Of a DNA stretch of 32,000 nucleotides, positions 8,733 to 18,012 are shown piece by piece (position 1 is the stretch's first letter; each line of letters begins with the position of its first letter). The notes beneath the pieces were generated by a model that saw nothing but the letters and a program-made list of their open reading frames with translations, did not search any database and was not told where the DNA came from. A program made the position numbers and the translations under genes. Origin of the DNA: Ralstonia sp. GTDB lineage: Bacteria > Pseudomonadota > Gammaproteobacteria > Burkholderiales > Burkholderiaceae. The DNA lies in contig JBCNQE010000009.1 in NCBI GenBank assembly GCA_039592975.1, positions 98,762-130,761 of the forward strand. Direction: 5' to 3'.

Positions 8733-11462
8733 TCAGCGGCTGCAGTGCAGTTCGACGTGCTTCGGTACCGGTTTTGCCGGGTCGCCGGCGCCGAGGTCGA
8801 GCCGCCAATCGCCGCTGGGGGCGCCGAGCGCGCTGCCAGCATCGTGGCCGTCCACCGTGGCCCGGCACCCCTGCGCGTTGGCGAAGCGAATGAACGGGTG
8901 CACATAGCCGGCCACCTCCACCGACAGCGAACGGCCGTCCGGCGCGCGGCGCCAGTTGGACAAGCGGCCGCTGGCCTCGCGCACGTAGGGCAACGCCTGC
9001 GGGGCGCTGTCGATCGAAAAGCGTGCGGCGCCGCTCGTCAGGTGGATGTACGTGCCACCGGGGCCTGCCTGATAGCCGGCCACATCGCGCGCGTCGGCCA
9101 GGTGCGGCACGCCGTCGGCGCTCCAACGTACGGTACGCAGATCGCCTGCGCCCCGCACCACCCAGGCGTCGCCGTCACGGGCGACGGCCACGCTGCGGAA
9201 GTCGAGCACCTTGCGGATGTAGTCCGACGCGTACACCGGCATGACCGGCTGCGCGAGCGCCCAGTCGTACACCTGCCGCAGCGCCGTCAATGAAGCCAGC
9301 TTGGTGCCCGAATACATGTGGTAGTAGATGCCGATCGGCTTGAAGCGATAGGGCTTGTCGGTCAGCTCGAAGGTCTCGACGGCGCGCCTGAAGCCGTAAT
9401 ACGGGCCCTGCCAGAGGTTGGTGTAGATGTTTTCGTTCTGCGCGGGAGCAAAGACCTGAAAGAGGCCGCCGCCTTTGTCGACACCCAGCGGCGCCACCGC
9501 CGTCCAGCTCGGGTTGGAACGCGTGATGTACGTATCGCCGCCATTCATGCTCAGCACGCCGGCCTGGTTGGCCGCTTGCACGGCGGCCGGAGGCACCTGG
9601 CCGTTGCCGCTCCACAGCAGCACCTTCACGCGCTTGTCCGGCGGGGCAAGGCGGGTGTTGATGTAGTCGATGGAGCCGGCCACCTCGCGGTCAAGGTTGA
9701 AGCGGTAATTGGGAATCCTGAGCGAAAAGGAGTCGGCCGCACCTGCCGTGGGCGTCACTGCCTCTTCGGGTGGGCTGGCCGTCCGCAACCAGTTGAAGGG
9801 GTGCGAGAACGTGTGACTCGCCAGCTCAACATAGGGCAGCGCAAAGATGCTGCGCGCAATCGGCTCCAACTGGGGCGTGAGCTTGGGGTACATGCCGTTG
9901 GCCGCCACTTCCCCTTCGATGATGGAAACCGTGGTCGGCACCTTGTAGCGCGCAAAGATCTCGCGCTGCAGGGCCTGCCCCGAAAATTCACCGGGCGGAA
10001 ACTCCGTGCGCGAGGCAAAGCCGTCGCCATCGATATGCACCGTCATCAGGCGACGGCCGTTTTCCGTCGTGGTATCGGGGATGGGCATGGCGGGCAGCGC
10101 CAGTGCCTCGCGCAGAAACGCCAACGGCTGGATCACCCAGCGCGCCTGATCCACATCGGGCATGCGGAACACGCCGGACGGCTGCAGCACGTAACCGCCC
10201 CACGGCATGATGGCCGCCGCGTCATACGCGTAGCGGCCCGCCGATAAGCGCAACAGCGATCTCGCGCCCGGCGTATTGGGGCTCACCTTGACGCCCACAG
10301 CGCTGCGCCGGTCGGGGTGCGGTTGCAGCTCGAAACCGATCATCGGATCGCGCGAGACGATCGACAGCGCCTCCGGCGGCGCGCCGGGCACCACCTCCAG
10401 GCTCAGCGTCTGCGCCATCGCGGCGTCCATGCGCAAGCCAAACTGGTTAAACATGGCGACGCGCACACCGGCCCCAACCACGCGCCTGAGCCACGCCGCC
10501 CAGGTGCCCGGGTGCGGCGCATTGGCATCGAACCAGGTGACGACGCCGGCGTAGCGATCCGGCGTCACGGTAGGCAAGGGTTGATACGCGTCCGCCACCT
10601 CGACCCGGTAGCCGAGGTAGTTGAGCGGCATGGCGAGATACAGCACCGAAGGCAGCGTATTGGTGCTGGTGCCCGGCTCTTGCGGCTCCACCAGCAGCAC
10701 GCGACGCGGCATCACCTCCAGGCGGCCGATCCCGATGACATCGACAGCAGGCGTGGTGGCGTAGGCGGTCACGCCCGCTGTGCGCGCCACATTGGCGGTA
10801 TCACGCAAGCACGCGCGGGTGTAGCTGGGGCAGTAATCGAGCGCGACAGCGGGCAGGTGATACTGCGTGCCGATGCTGCGCAGCGCAGCGATGCGGGCCG
10901 CGCGATCGGCTTCGGACACGTCGCGCAAACCCGCGTCACCCGACCGCTCACGTACGAGCCCCGGGGTGACCACGCCCGCCAACTGCGGGGCAAGCCGATC
11001 CAGCCAAGCCGTACCGCCAGCCAGTACCTTTGTTTGGGGCGCGCGATCGTGCAGCGCACGTACCAGGGCCACCACGGCATTGCCGGCGTCGGGGGCCACG
11101 CGCTGGAGCGTGTCGAGCCCGTCGAGCAGGAAGCCCTGGTAACCCTGCGCCAGCAACGGAGCAAACACCGTATCGAGCACACCGCCAGGCCAGTTGCTTC
11201 CGCGAATCGCATCCGCCTGCTGTGCAAGATCGACCCGCGCGAACCATGCGGTGGGCGATGGCTGCTTTGGGTCAAACGTACCGGCGCTGGCCGGGTCCAG
11301 CACAACCCAATCGAACGCTTGCAGTTCGGGAACCGGCACATCGCGCCCGTAGTAAAACGCGATTTGGGGCTCAACCCCAGAGATGGCAGGCTGGGCTTGC
11401 GCGCCCAGGCCCACCAGCGACAGCGCCGCAGCCGCCACCCACATCGTCCAACGCGGTTGCAT
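8733..11462 (-). CDS. PelA-like bifunctional protein: N-terminal GH114-type glycoside hydrolase plus CE4 polysaccharide deacetylase domain, secreted
   Basis: GAGGA RBS and a signal peptide (..LSLVGLGAQA/QP). The N-terminus (IAFYYG..LQAFDWVVLDP) resembles the GH114/TM1410 family. The centre has CE4-type metal/catalytic motifs (HIDGDGF and ELASHTFSHPFNW). The size (909 aa) is comparable to PelA. No other pel genes are adjacent. Confidence 0.6.
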   Translation of the reverse strand: MQPRWTMWVAAAALSLVGLGAQAQPAISGVEPQIAFYYGRDVPVPELQAFDWVVLDPASAGTFDPKQPSPTAWFARVDLAQQADAIRGSNWPGGVLDTVFAPLLAQGYQGFLLDGLDTLQRVAPDAGNAVVALVRALHDRAPQTKVLAGGTAWLDRLAPQLAGVVTPGLVRERSGDAGLRDVSEADRAARIAALRSIGTQYHLPAVALDYCPSYTRACLRDTANVARTAGVTAYATTPAVDVIGIGRLEVMPRRVLLVEPQEPGTSTNTLPSVLYLAMPLNYLGYRVEVADAYQPLPTVTPDRYAGVVTWFDANAPHPGTWAAWLRRVVGAGVRVAMFNQFGLRMDAAMAQTLSLEVVPGAPPEALSIVSRDPMIGFELQPHPDRRSAVGVKVSPNTPGARSLLRLSAGRYAYDAAAIMPWGGYVLQPSGVFRMPDVDQARWVIQPLAFLREALALPAMPIPDTTTENGRRLMTVHIDGDGFASRTEFPPGEFSGQALQREIFARYKVPTTVSIIEGEVAANGMYPKLTPQLEPIARSIFALPYVELASHTFSHPFNWLRTASPPEEAVTPTAGAADSFSLRIPNYRFNLDREVAGSIDYINTRLAPPDKRVKVLLWSGNGQVPPAAVQAANQAGVLSMNGGDTYITRSNPSWTAVAPLGVDKGGGLFQVFAPAQNENIYTNLWQGPYYGFRRAVETFELTDKPYRFKPIGIYYHMYSGTKLASLTALRQVYDWALAQPVMPVYASDYIRKVLDFRSVAVARDGDAWVVRGAGDLRTVRWSADGVPHLADARDVAGYQAGPGGTYIHLTSGAARFSIDSAPQALPYVREASGRLSNWRRAPDGRSLSVEVAGYVHPFIRFANAQGCRATVDGHDAGSALGAPSGDWRLDLGAGDPAKPVPKHVELHCSR

Positions 11463-11552
11463 CGAAGTCCTCGAAAGCCATTCAGGCGCTCATTGTGCCG
11501 GTCAGGCGTGCGATTGCAATGTTTCGTGGACCCAGAGCCGATCCCGGCGGGC

Positions 11553-12341
11553 CTAGAACGCCGATTTCACCACGCCGCCATCCACGCGCAGCGCAGCGCC
11601 CGTGGTCGCCGACGACAGCGGGCTCGCCACATACGCCACCAGACTGGCCACTTCCTGCGGCGTGGCAAAGCGCTTGATGAGCGAGGTCGGCCGGGCGGTC
11701 TCGAAGAAGGTCTTCTCGAATGCCTCAAAACTCTGGCCACCCGAGAGCTTGCCGACAAATTCATCGACGCCTTCCGAACGCGTCGGCCCCGGCAGCACGG
11801 CATTCACGGTGATGGCCGTGCCCGCGGTCACTTCCGCCAGCCCGCGCGAGAGACCCAGCAGCGCGGTCTTCGTCACGCCGTAATGGATCATCTCGGCCGG
11901 AATCTGCACGCCGCTCTCGCTGCTGAGGAACACGATGCGCCCCCAGTTCTGCGCACGCATGCCGGGCAGGTACGCGCGGGACAGGCGCACGCCGCTCATC
12001 ACGTTCACGTTGAAGAAGTGCAGCCACTGCGCATCGTCGATGGCTTCGAACGGTTTGGGGTCAAAGATGCCGAGGTTGTTGATGAGGATGTCGACCGTGG
12101 GAAAGCGACTGACCAGCGCATCGATCTGGCCTGGGTCGGACAGATCGCCGGCAAACGCTTCGACCTGCGCGTCGGGCACATCGGCCCGCAGGCGCGCAAC
12201 GGCGTCGGTCACAGAGGCATCGGTACGCCCATTGACGATCACGCGGGCGCCTTCGGCAGCCAGTGCTACAGCGATGGCATAACCGATGCCCTTGGTGGAC
12301 CCGCTGACGAGGGCCAGCTTGTTCTGAAGGTGGAGATTCAT
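11553..12341 (-). CDS. Short-chain dehydrogenase/reductase (SDR) family oxidoreductase
   Basis: Trimmed to ATG 12341. The TGxxxGIG-type cofactor motif is present (VSGSTKGIGYAIA), along with NNLG and the catalytic S..YxxxK (SSESG..YGVTKTA). Confidence 0.9.
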   Translation of the reverse strand: MNLHLQNKLALVSGSTKGIGYAIAVALAAEGARVIVNGRTDASVTDAVARLRADVPDAQVEAFAGDLSDPGQIDALVSRFPTVDILINNLGIFDPKPFEAIDDAQWLHFFNVNVMSGVRLSRAYLPGMRAQNWGRIVFLSSESGVQIPAEMIHYGVTKTALLGLSRGLAEVTAGTAITVNAVLPGPTRSEGVDEFVGKLSGGQSFEAFEKTFFETARPTSLIKRFATPQEVASLVAYVASPLSSATTGAALRVDGGVVKSAF

Positions 12342-12635
12342 GGCACTGAAAAAGGGAATTTGGAGGAGGAAAGGCACATCGCGCCACATGCCCTGCACCG
12401 CGTGCGGCACCGGCGTTTCAACCATGATACGAACCCGCCCACCCCTTGGCAGCCGCAATCGTTTTGGAGCGGTATCCAATGAAATTTGATGGTGAGCGTC
12501 GGTGTCGATCCCGGCTTGACGGCCTGGGCAAGCGAAGATTAGTGTGCAATGAAGCACGCCCGCGCAACCGGGGCAGACAGGGAACGCAAGGCGCGCCTGA
12601 CAAGCCGGATCACCGGCAGAACGGGGAGCACCATC

Positions 12636-13130
12636 ATGAGTATCGACGTACAAACACCACCTGAGGCCGCCACCGCGAGCACCATCACCGAAGGCGCCTA
12701 CCAGCTTGACACCATGGATCGCGACACCAACATCGGCCGGCTCGTGCACCGGGTCCGGCATGCGTTGGTGACGAACATCGACAGCGCCCTGGCGTCGCTG
12801 GATTTGACCGCCGCGCAGTGGACGGTGGTCATCTATCTGGCAGAAGACCTGGCCACCACACCGGCTGAGCTCTCGCGCCTGCTGCACTACGATCCGGGCG
12901 CGATGACGCGCCTGATCGATCGGCTGGAGAAGAAGAACATCGTCAAGCGCGCGCCCAGCGATGCGGACCGCCGCTCGGTGGTGGTCTCACTGACCGAGCA
13001 GGGGCGCGCGCTGTATCCGGAGATCCGGCCCTTGATCATCGATGTGCTGAACCACATGCTGCGTGGGTTCTCGCAAGCCGAGGTCAAGCAGTTGGAGAAC
13101 CTGCTGCTGCGCGTGCTGCACAACGCCTGA
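12636..13130 (+). CDS. MarR family transcriptional regulator
   Basis: GGGGAG RBS upstream of ATG 12636. The winged-helix region reads LTAAQWTVVIYL..TPAELSRLLHYDPGAMTRLIDRLEKKNIVKRAPSDADRRSVVVSLTEQG. It is divergent from the SDR gene. Confidence 0.9.
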   Translation: MSIDVQTPPEAATASTITEGAYQLDTMDRDTNIGRLVHRVRHALVTNIDSALASLDLTAAQWTVVIYLAEDLATTPAELSRLLHYDPGAMTRLIDRLEKKNIVKRAPSDADRRSVVVSLTEQGRALYPEIRPLIIDVLNHMLRGFSQAEVKQLENLLLRVLHNA

Positions 13131-13153
13131 TCCGCTCAGGCGTTCGGTCGCGT

Positions 13154-13870
13154 TTAGCCGACGGTGCTGCCGGCGCGTAATGCATCGCGCTGGCGGCGCA
13201 GTTCGGCCACGGCATCGGATGCATCCGACGGGACTGCGCTGGCTTGCTTCAGCGCGGCTTCGAGCGCGCGTGCGCGTTCTGCAATCGCCCCCTGCTCCAC
13301 CGTCAATGCCGCGCCCTTGATGCGATGCGCGGCGTGGCGCGCTGCCGCCAGATCGCCGGTGTCCACGGCGCGGGCCAAGCTGTCCAGATCCTCATCGAGC
13401 GAATCCAGGTAGACCCGCCACAGGTCCTGACCGGCATCGGCCGCGACCGGTGTAACTACCTGCGAGCCACCCCCGATGTCACACCACAGTGCGATCAGGT
13501 CGCGCAGCACGTCGTCGCGAATCGGCTTGGTCAGCATGCCGTCCATGCCGCTCGCCATCACGCGCTGCTGGTGCTCCTCGTCGGTGGCGGAGGAGATGGC
13601 GAGGATGGGCGTGTGGATGCCCGTGCCGGATTCCCGCGTGCGGATGCGCTCGGCCACGGTGTAGCCATCGATATCGGGCAATTGGCAGTCCAGCAGCACC
13701 AGTTGAAACAACTCGGCAGCGGCTTTCTCCAGCGCCTGCGCGCCATCGGCAGCCAGCTCGACATCGCAATCGAGGGCAAGCAGTTGGTACTGGAGGATCA
13801 GCAGATTGGCCGGCTGGTCATCCACAACCAGCACGCGCGGGCGGGGCCGCGCCGATCCGCTGGCGCTCAC
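13154..13870 (-). CDS. Receiver (REC) plus histidine phosphotransfer (HPt) domain protein
   Basis: N-terminal REC domain: VLVVDDQPANL, acceptor Asp in LVLLDCQLPDIDG, Lys in MLTKP. C-terminal HPt signature: AAHRIKGAALTV. Its start overlaps the upstream regulator's stop by 4 nt. Confidence 0.85.
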   Translation of the reverse strand: MSASGSARPRPRVLVVDDQPANLLILQYQLLALDCDVELAADGAQALEKAAAELFQLVLLDCQLPDIDGYTVAERIRTRESGTGIHTPILAISSATDEEHQQRVMASGMDGMLTKPIRDDVLRDLIALWCDIGGGSQVVTPVAADAGQDLWRVYLDSLDEDLDSLARAVDTGDLAAARHAAHRIKGAALTVEQGAIAERARALEAALKQASAVPSDASDAVAELRRQRDALRAGSTVG

Positions 13871-14568
13871 TGCCCCTCCAGCTCGTGCTTGATCTTGAAG
13901 AGTTCGGTGTCGGTGCGAATGCCCAGCTTGCGGTAGGCCGATTGCTTTTGCGAGCTGATGGTCTTGATGCTGCGCGCAAATTTTTCCGCAATGTCCGTGA
14001 CGGACATGCCGTCGAGGCAGCAGCGCAGGACCTCGCGCTCTTTCGGGCTGAGCTCCGGGCGATCCACGAGGGCGGACAGCTCGGAGGACTCGGTGGCAGA
14101 TCCGTCGGCCGGTGCGGCGTTCAGCGTATCGCGCTCCATCTCGGCGGCCAGCGTGGGGTTCAGGCGTTTGCCGCCGGCTGCCACGGTGCGAATCGCCCGG
14201 ACCAGCTCTGACAACTCCTCTTCCTTGCCGACAAACCCGCGGGCACCCGCATGCATGACCATCCCGACGGTGGCCTTGTTGTGGTGTGCCGAGGCCACAA
14301 GGATCTTCAAATCCGGGTAGCGCACACGGATCAGGCGGATCAGATTGAGCCCGTCGATTTCGGCCGGGCCCAGCGAGTAGTCCATCAGCAGGACATCCAC
14401 TTCGACGGCGTTGTCCTTGAGGGCCTGCACGATGTCCCGGCCCGATGCGAACATTCCCGTCACCTCGATGTCGGCCTCTTGCTTCAGGCGCGCGCCCAAG
14501 CCGTGACGGACGACCGCATGGTCATCGAGCACGACCACACGGATCGGTCGGGTCGCGGTCCAGTTCAT
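13867..14568 (-). CDS. LuxR/NarL-family response regulator
   Basis: REC domain: VVVLDDHAVV, LLMDYSL, VASAH, the Lys in FVGKEE. LuxR HTH: LSPKEREVLRCCLDGMSVTDIAEKFARSIKTISSQKQSAYRKLG. It is first in a two-gene operon with the REC-HPt gene. Confidence 0.9.
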   Translation of the reverse strand: MNWTATRPIRVVVLDDHAVVRHGLGARLKQEADIEVTGMFASGRDIVQALKDNAVEVDVLLMDYSLGPAEIDGLNLIRLIRVRYPDLKILVASAHHNKATVGMVMHAGARGFVGKEEELSELVRAIRTVAAGGKRLNPTLAAEMERDTLNAAPADGSATESSELSALVDRPELSPKEREVLRCCLDGMSVTDIAEKFARSIKTISSQKQSAYRKLGIRTDTELFKIKHELEGQ

Positions 14569-14632
14569 GTTGGCAGGTTCCTATTCGACTAGTTTTGAGA
14601 CGGCTGCAAATAAAACTGGCTCCAATGTGCCA

Positions 14633-14668
14633 TAACGTCGCCGTAAAAATTAACGTTGCGGCACAAAT
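14633..14668. promoter_or_regulatory. Two tandem 18-bp direct repeats upstream of the response-regulator operon (candidate regulator-binding site)
   Basis: TAACGTCGCCGTAAAAAT (14633-14650) is immediately followed by TAACGTTGCGGCACAAAT (14651-14668), 65-100 bp upstream of ATG 14568. Confidence 0.35.
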
Positions 14669-14919
14669 TTTAGGTCAGATTCGACCCGCCCCCGTATCAC
14701 GCCACCGGCCGTTCTCGCGCAGCGGAAAGGCCGCATATTAATGGCTTTGCGCTCCGTGCTAAATGCCACTGAATTGATACCGGGTGTTTCGGCTTCCTGG
14801 ATGCGGTGTGTAGCAGCCTAACCCCGGACATAGAGAGGGCCGTAGCAATAACGTTCCGCACACCACGACGGCTCCGGGCAACCAAGCCGGTTTACCCCTT
14901 CAAGCCCGGTTGGGCCGGC

Positions 14920-15528
14920 TCAAGCAACGGCGGCGTTGATGCTTGCCTGCGTGCTGCGGCGGGCGCGTCCAAACACCATCATGTCGTCCATCAAGAACGC
15001 GACGTTGGCGTTCGAGCGAAACGACTCAATCTCAAAGATCAGTTGATCGACGTCCAGATCCGCACGCAACTCGCCTGCGGCCATGCCTGCTGCAATCACG
15101 TCACGAAACCGCGCACGCACCGCTTCCCGGTGGTTGCGTACGCGATCCTGGATGGCGCCGGGGCGTGCGCGGTATTCATAGCTGGCCGCGCAAACAAAGC
15201 ACCCGCCCGGCGACTGCCCGCTGGCCACGTAGTCGAACCAGCCCTCGGTCAGCGCGCGCAGGCGTGCCAGCGGGCTGTCTAGCGCCATCGCAGGTTCCAC
15301 CACGGAGGAGAAGTAATGCTCGACGCCGGCATTGAGCGTGGCGAGCTGTAGCGTTTCCTTATCGCCGAAGAGCGCCTGAATGTTGCCCTTGCCCACGCCG
15401 GCATCCGTGGCCACGCGGCCGATGGTCAATCCCTCCAGCCCGTCGGTGGAGGCAATGGTGGTGGCGTGTTCAAGCACCTGGGCGCGCGCGCGTTCGCCAC
15501 GCAGGCGGCGGCCGTCGGTTTCATTCAT
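14920..15528 (-). CDS. TetR/AcrR family transcriptional regulator
   Basis: N-terminal HTH (..LEGLTIGRVATDAGVGKGNIQALFGDKETL..). The 202-aa gene is divergent from an efflux-type MFS gene. Confidence 0.9.
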   Translation of the reverse strand: MNETDGRRLRGERARAQVLEHATTIASTDGLEGLTIGRVATDAGVGKGNIQALFGDKETLQLATLNAGVEHYFSSVVEPAMALDSPLARLRALTEGWFDYVASGQSPGGCFVCAASYEYRARPGAIQDRVRNHREAVRARFRDVIAAGMAAGELRADLDVDQLIFEIESFRSNANVAFLMDDMMVFGRARRSTQASINAAVA

Positions 15529-15570
15529 GACAAATACCCTGTGGACAAGTGGGGCTTCCGCAATCGGTCC

Positions 15571-15613
15571 TTGACGCAGCCCGATTCACTCTTAGTATAC
15601 GTACGACCGTATA
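15571..15613 (+). promoter_or_regulatory. Candidate sigma70 promoter with overlapping palindromic TetR-type operator
   Basis: TTGACG (15571-15576), a 16-bp spacer, then TAGTAT (15593-15598). The palindrome TATACG-tacgac-CGTATA (15596-15613) overlaps the -10 element and lies 20 bp before the MFS start. Confidence 0.5.
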
Positions 15614-15633
15614 TTAATTATCGAGCCCTCTCC

Positions 15634-17094
15634 ATGTCAACGGAATCGCTTTCGGGCAGCCGCATCGTCGCGCCGCCTGCCACACGGCATTGGCCGGCGC
15701 TGGCCGCCCTGCTGACCGGCAACTTCGTCACCATTCTCGACCTGTTCATCGTCAATGTGGCCATTCCGGACATCCGCGCGGGGCTGCATGCCAGCTTTGC
15801 GCAGATCCAACTCGTGATGGTGGGTTACAGCGCGGCGTATGGAGTGTTCTTGCTCAACGGTGCGCGGCTGGGCGATCTGTTCGGGCGCAAGCGCATGTTT
15901 CTGGCGGGTATGGCGCTGTTCACGCTGGCCTCGGCGCTGTGCGGGCTGGCGACGACGCCGTGGATGCTGATTGCCATGCGCGTCGGCCAGGGCCTGGGCG
16001 CGGCGATCCTGATGCCGCAGGTGATGGCCTCGGTGCGCGTGCTGTTTGATGGCGACGCGCGGCGCCGCGCGTTCGGCACCATGGGTGCGGTGCAAGGCGT
16101 GGCGGCCTCGGTCTCACAGATCATCGGTGGCTTGCTGATTGCGCATCCGCTGGTCGGGCACGTTGCCGGGTGGCGGGCGGTGTTCCTGGTGAACGTGCCG
16201 ATCGGTATTGTGGCGTTGCTGGCCGCGCGTGCCTTTGTGACGGAGTCGCGGGCGCCGGTGGCGGCGCGGCTGGATGTGCACGGCGCCGTGGCAGGCGCGG
16301 TGGCGCTGGGCATGCTGCTGGTGCCCATCATGCAGGGCCGCGAGTCCGGCTGGCCGTGGTGGTCCTGGTCCGTGCCGCTGGCCTCGCTGGTGGTGTTCCG
16401 GCACTTTGTGCGGGTGGAGCGTGCGCTGTCGGCTGCGGGTCGTGTACCGATCATCGAGATGGCCTTGTTCCGCAACCGCAGCTTCGTGCTGGGCGTGCTG
16501 GCGGTCTTCCTGTTCTACACGGCCATCAGCTCGTATTTTCTGGCGCTGACGATCCTGCTGCAGTTTGGGCGCGGGCTGTCGCCGCTGATGGCAGGGCTGG
16601 TGTTTACGCCGGCGGCAGTTGCCTATTTTTCCGGCTCGCTGATCGCGCCACGGCTGACCGAGCGCATCGGGCAGCGTGCGTTATTGCTGGGGATGGCGCT
16701 GTTTGCCGGGGGCCTCGCCCTGCTCGCGACGATGGCGCAGGCCGGGGCAAGCGAGGCATGGCTGCTCGTGCCGCTGGTGGTTGGCGGCTTCGGCCAGGGC
16801 ATGGTGCTGCCGCTGTCGCTCAACACCATCCTGAGCGGCGTGGAGACAGCTCAGGCCGGCATGGGCGCCGGCACGGTCACCACTATGCAGGCCGTCGGTA
16901 ATGCGGTGGGCGTGACGGTGGTGGGGGTGTTGCTGTTCTCGCTGCTCGGCCATGTGGAGGGCGCGGACGGTGCGAATGTCGTCGACCATGCCGCACACTA
17001 CGGCCACGCCTTTGCCCTGGCGATGCTGTACAACGTGGGCGCCACGTTGGTCGCCCTTGTCCTGTTCTGGCGCGCGTGGCGCCGGCACGGGTGA
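15634..17094 (+). CDS. MFS drug:H+ antiporter, DHA2 (EmrB/QacA-like, 14-TMS) family
   Basis: Trimmed to ATG 15634. The N-terminus (..LLTGNFVTILDLFIVNVAIPDI..) and motif ..GRLGDLFGRKRMFLAG.. are typical of DHA2. About 14 hydrophobic segments. Paired with a divergent TetR gene. Confidence 0.88.
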   Translation: MSTESLSGSRIVAPPATRHWPALAALLTGNFVTILDLFIVNVAIPDIRAGLHASFAQIQLVMVGYSAAYGVFLLNGARLGDLFGRKRMFLAGMALFTLASALCGLATTPWMLIAMRVGQGLGAAILMPQVMASVRVLFDGDARRRAFGTMGAVQGVAASVSQIIGGLLIAHPLVGHVAGWRAVFLVNVPIGIVALLAARAFVTESRAPVAARLDVHGAVAGAVALGMLLVPIMQGRESGWPWWSWSVPLASLVVFRHFVRVERALSAAGRVPIIEMALFRNRSFVLGVLAVFLFYTAISSYFLALTILLQFGRGLSPLMAGLVFTPAAVAYFSGSLIAPRLTERIGQRALLLGMALFAGGLALLATMAQAGASEAWLLVPLVVGGFGQGMVLPLSLNTILSGVETAQAGMGAGTVTTMQAVGNAVGVTVVGVLLFSLLGHVEGADGANVVDHAAHYGHAFALAMLYNVGATLVALVLFWRAWRRHG

Positions 17095-17104
17095 TCGCCC
17101 GACG

Positions 17105-17704
17105 CTACCTGCGCACCCAGCCGCGCCGCACGCACGGCGCCAGCACCACGCCATGCACCGCCAGCCCGAGGCGGTGCAGCGGCTCCGACAGCGTATGCGC
17201 CACGCGCCCGCTGCACAGCCACGCGCAGAGCGCCGACACTGCCGCCGCGCCCAGCATGTCGAACGGGTAATGCACCCCCAGGTAGATGCGCGCCCACGCC
17301 ATCGGCAAACCCAGCAGCGCCAGCAGCATGCCCACACGGCGCAGGCGCGCGTTCCACATCAGGCTGAATGCCACCGTCCACAATGCCGTCAGGTGGTCGC
17401 TTGGGAAGGAAGAATCCGGCGCATGCGGCAACAGGTTCGTGCCCAGGCCGATCGCAAACGGCCGCGGGTGATGCCACGCTAGGCCCAGGCCCACGTTGAT
17501 GAGCAACGCCAGCGCCGCAGCCACGCCGGTCTGCAACGCCTGGCGGCGCGTGGTCGGCTCGCCCCATAACCAGCCGGCCACGAGGGTCAGCGGCACGAGC
17601 CAGATGGCGTATTCGGCAAAGGCCATGGCCAGCCAGACGATGGCGCGCGACGGGTCGGCCGGCGCGTTGATCCAGAGAAACAGGGGGTGATTCAGCGATT
17701 CCAT
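17105..17704 (-). CDS. PAP2-family phosphatase (undecaprenyl-diphosphatase BcrC-like)
   Basis: Membrane protein carrying the PAP2 tripartite motif: ..HHPRPF.., ..FPSDH.., ..ARIYLGVHYPFD.. Confidence 0.8.
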   Translation of the reverse strand: MESLNHPLFLWINAPADPSRAIVWLAMAFAEYAIWLVPLTLVAGWLWGEPTTRRQALQTGVAAALALLINVGLGLAWHHPRPFAIGLGTNLLPHAPDSSFPSDHLTALWTVAFSLMWNARLRRVGMLLALLGLPMAWARIYLGVHYPFDMLGAAAVSALCAWLCSGRVAHTLSEPLHRLGLAVHGVVLAPCVRRGWVRR

Positions 17705-18012
17705 ACAACGTAGGCCAGTGGCTGGCGTGATTTCGAGTGCGGCAGTTTGTCCGGTGCACCGTACCGGGCGTTCCCTTCAATTGCCTTGGAGCCGGACTGC
17801 CCGCAAGCCTATGCCCCCAAACTTAGGCGGGGCACAGCAACCCTGATCCCTGCCTAGGCTTTTCCCTCCGCGAGCGGCTGCCTATGATGGAGACACGTCG
17901 ACGCGCCGCCGGATCACCAGATCGCCCAAGCGCATTGCCAGGCGTTGCCGGAGCCACAGCAGCACCTGGCCGGATCGCACACCGACAGACCACAACGAAC
18001 CCCGGGGGGCGG

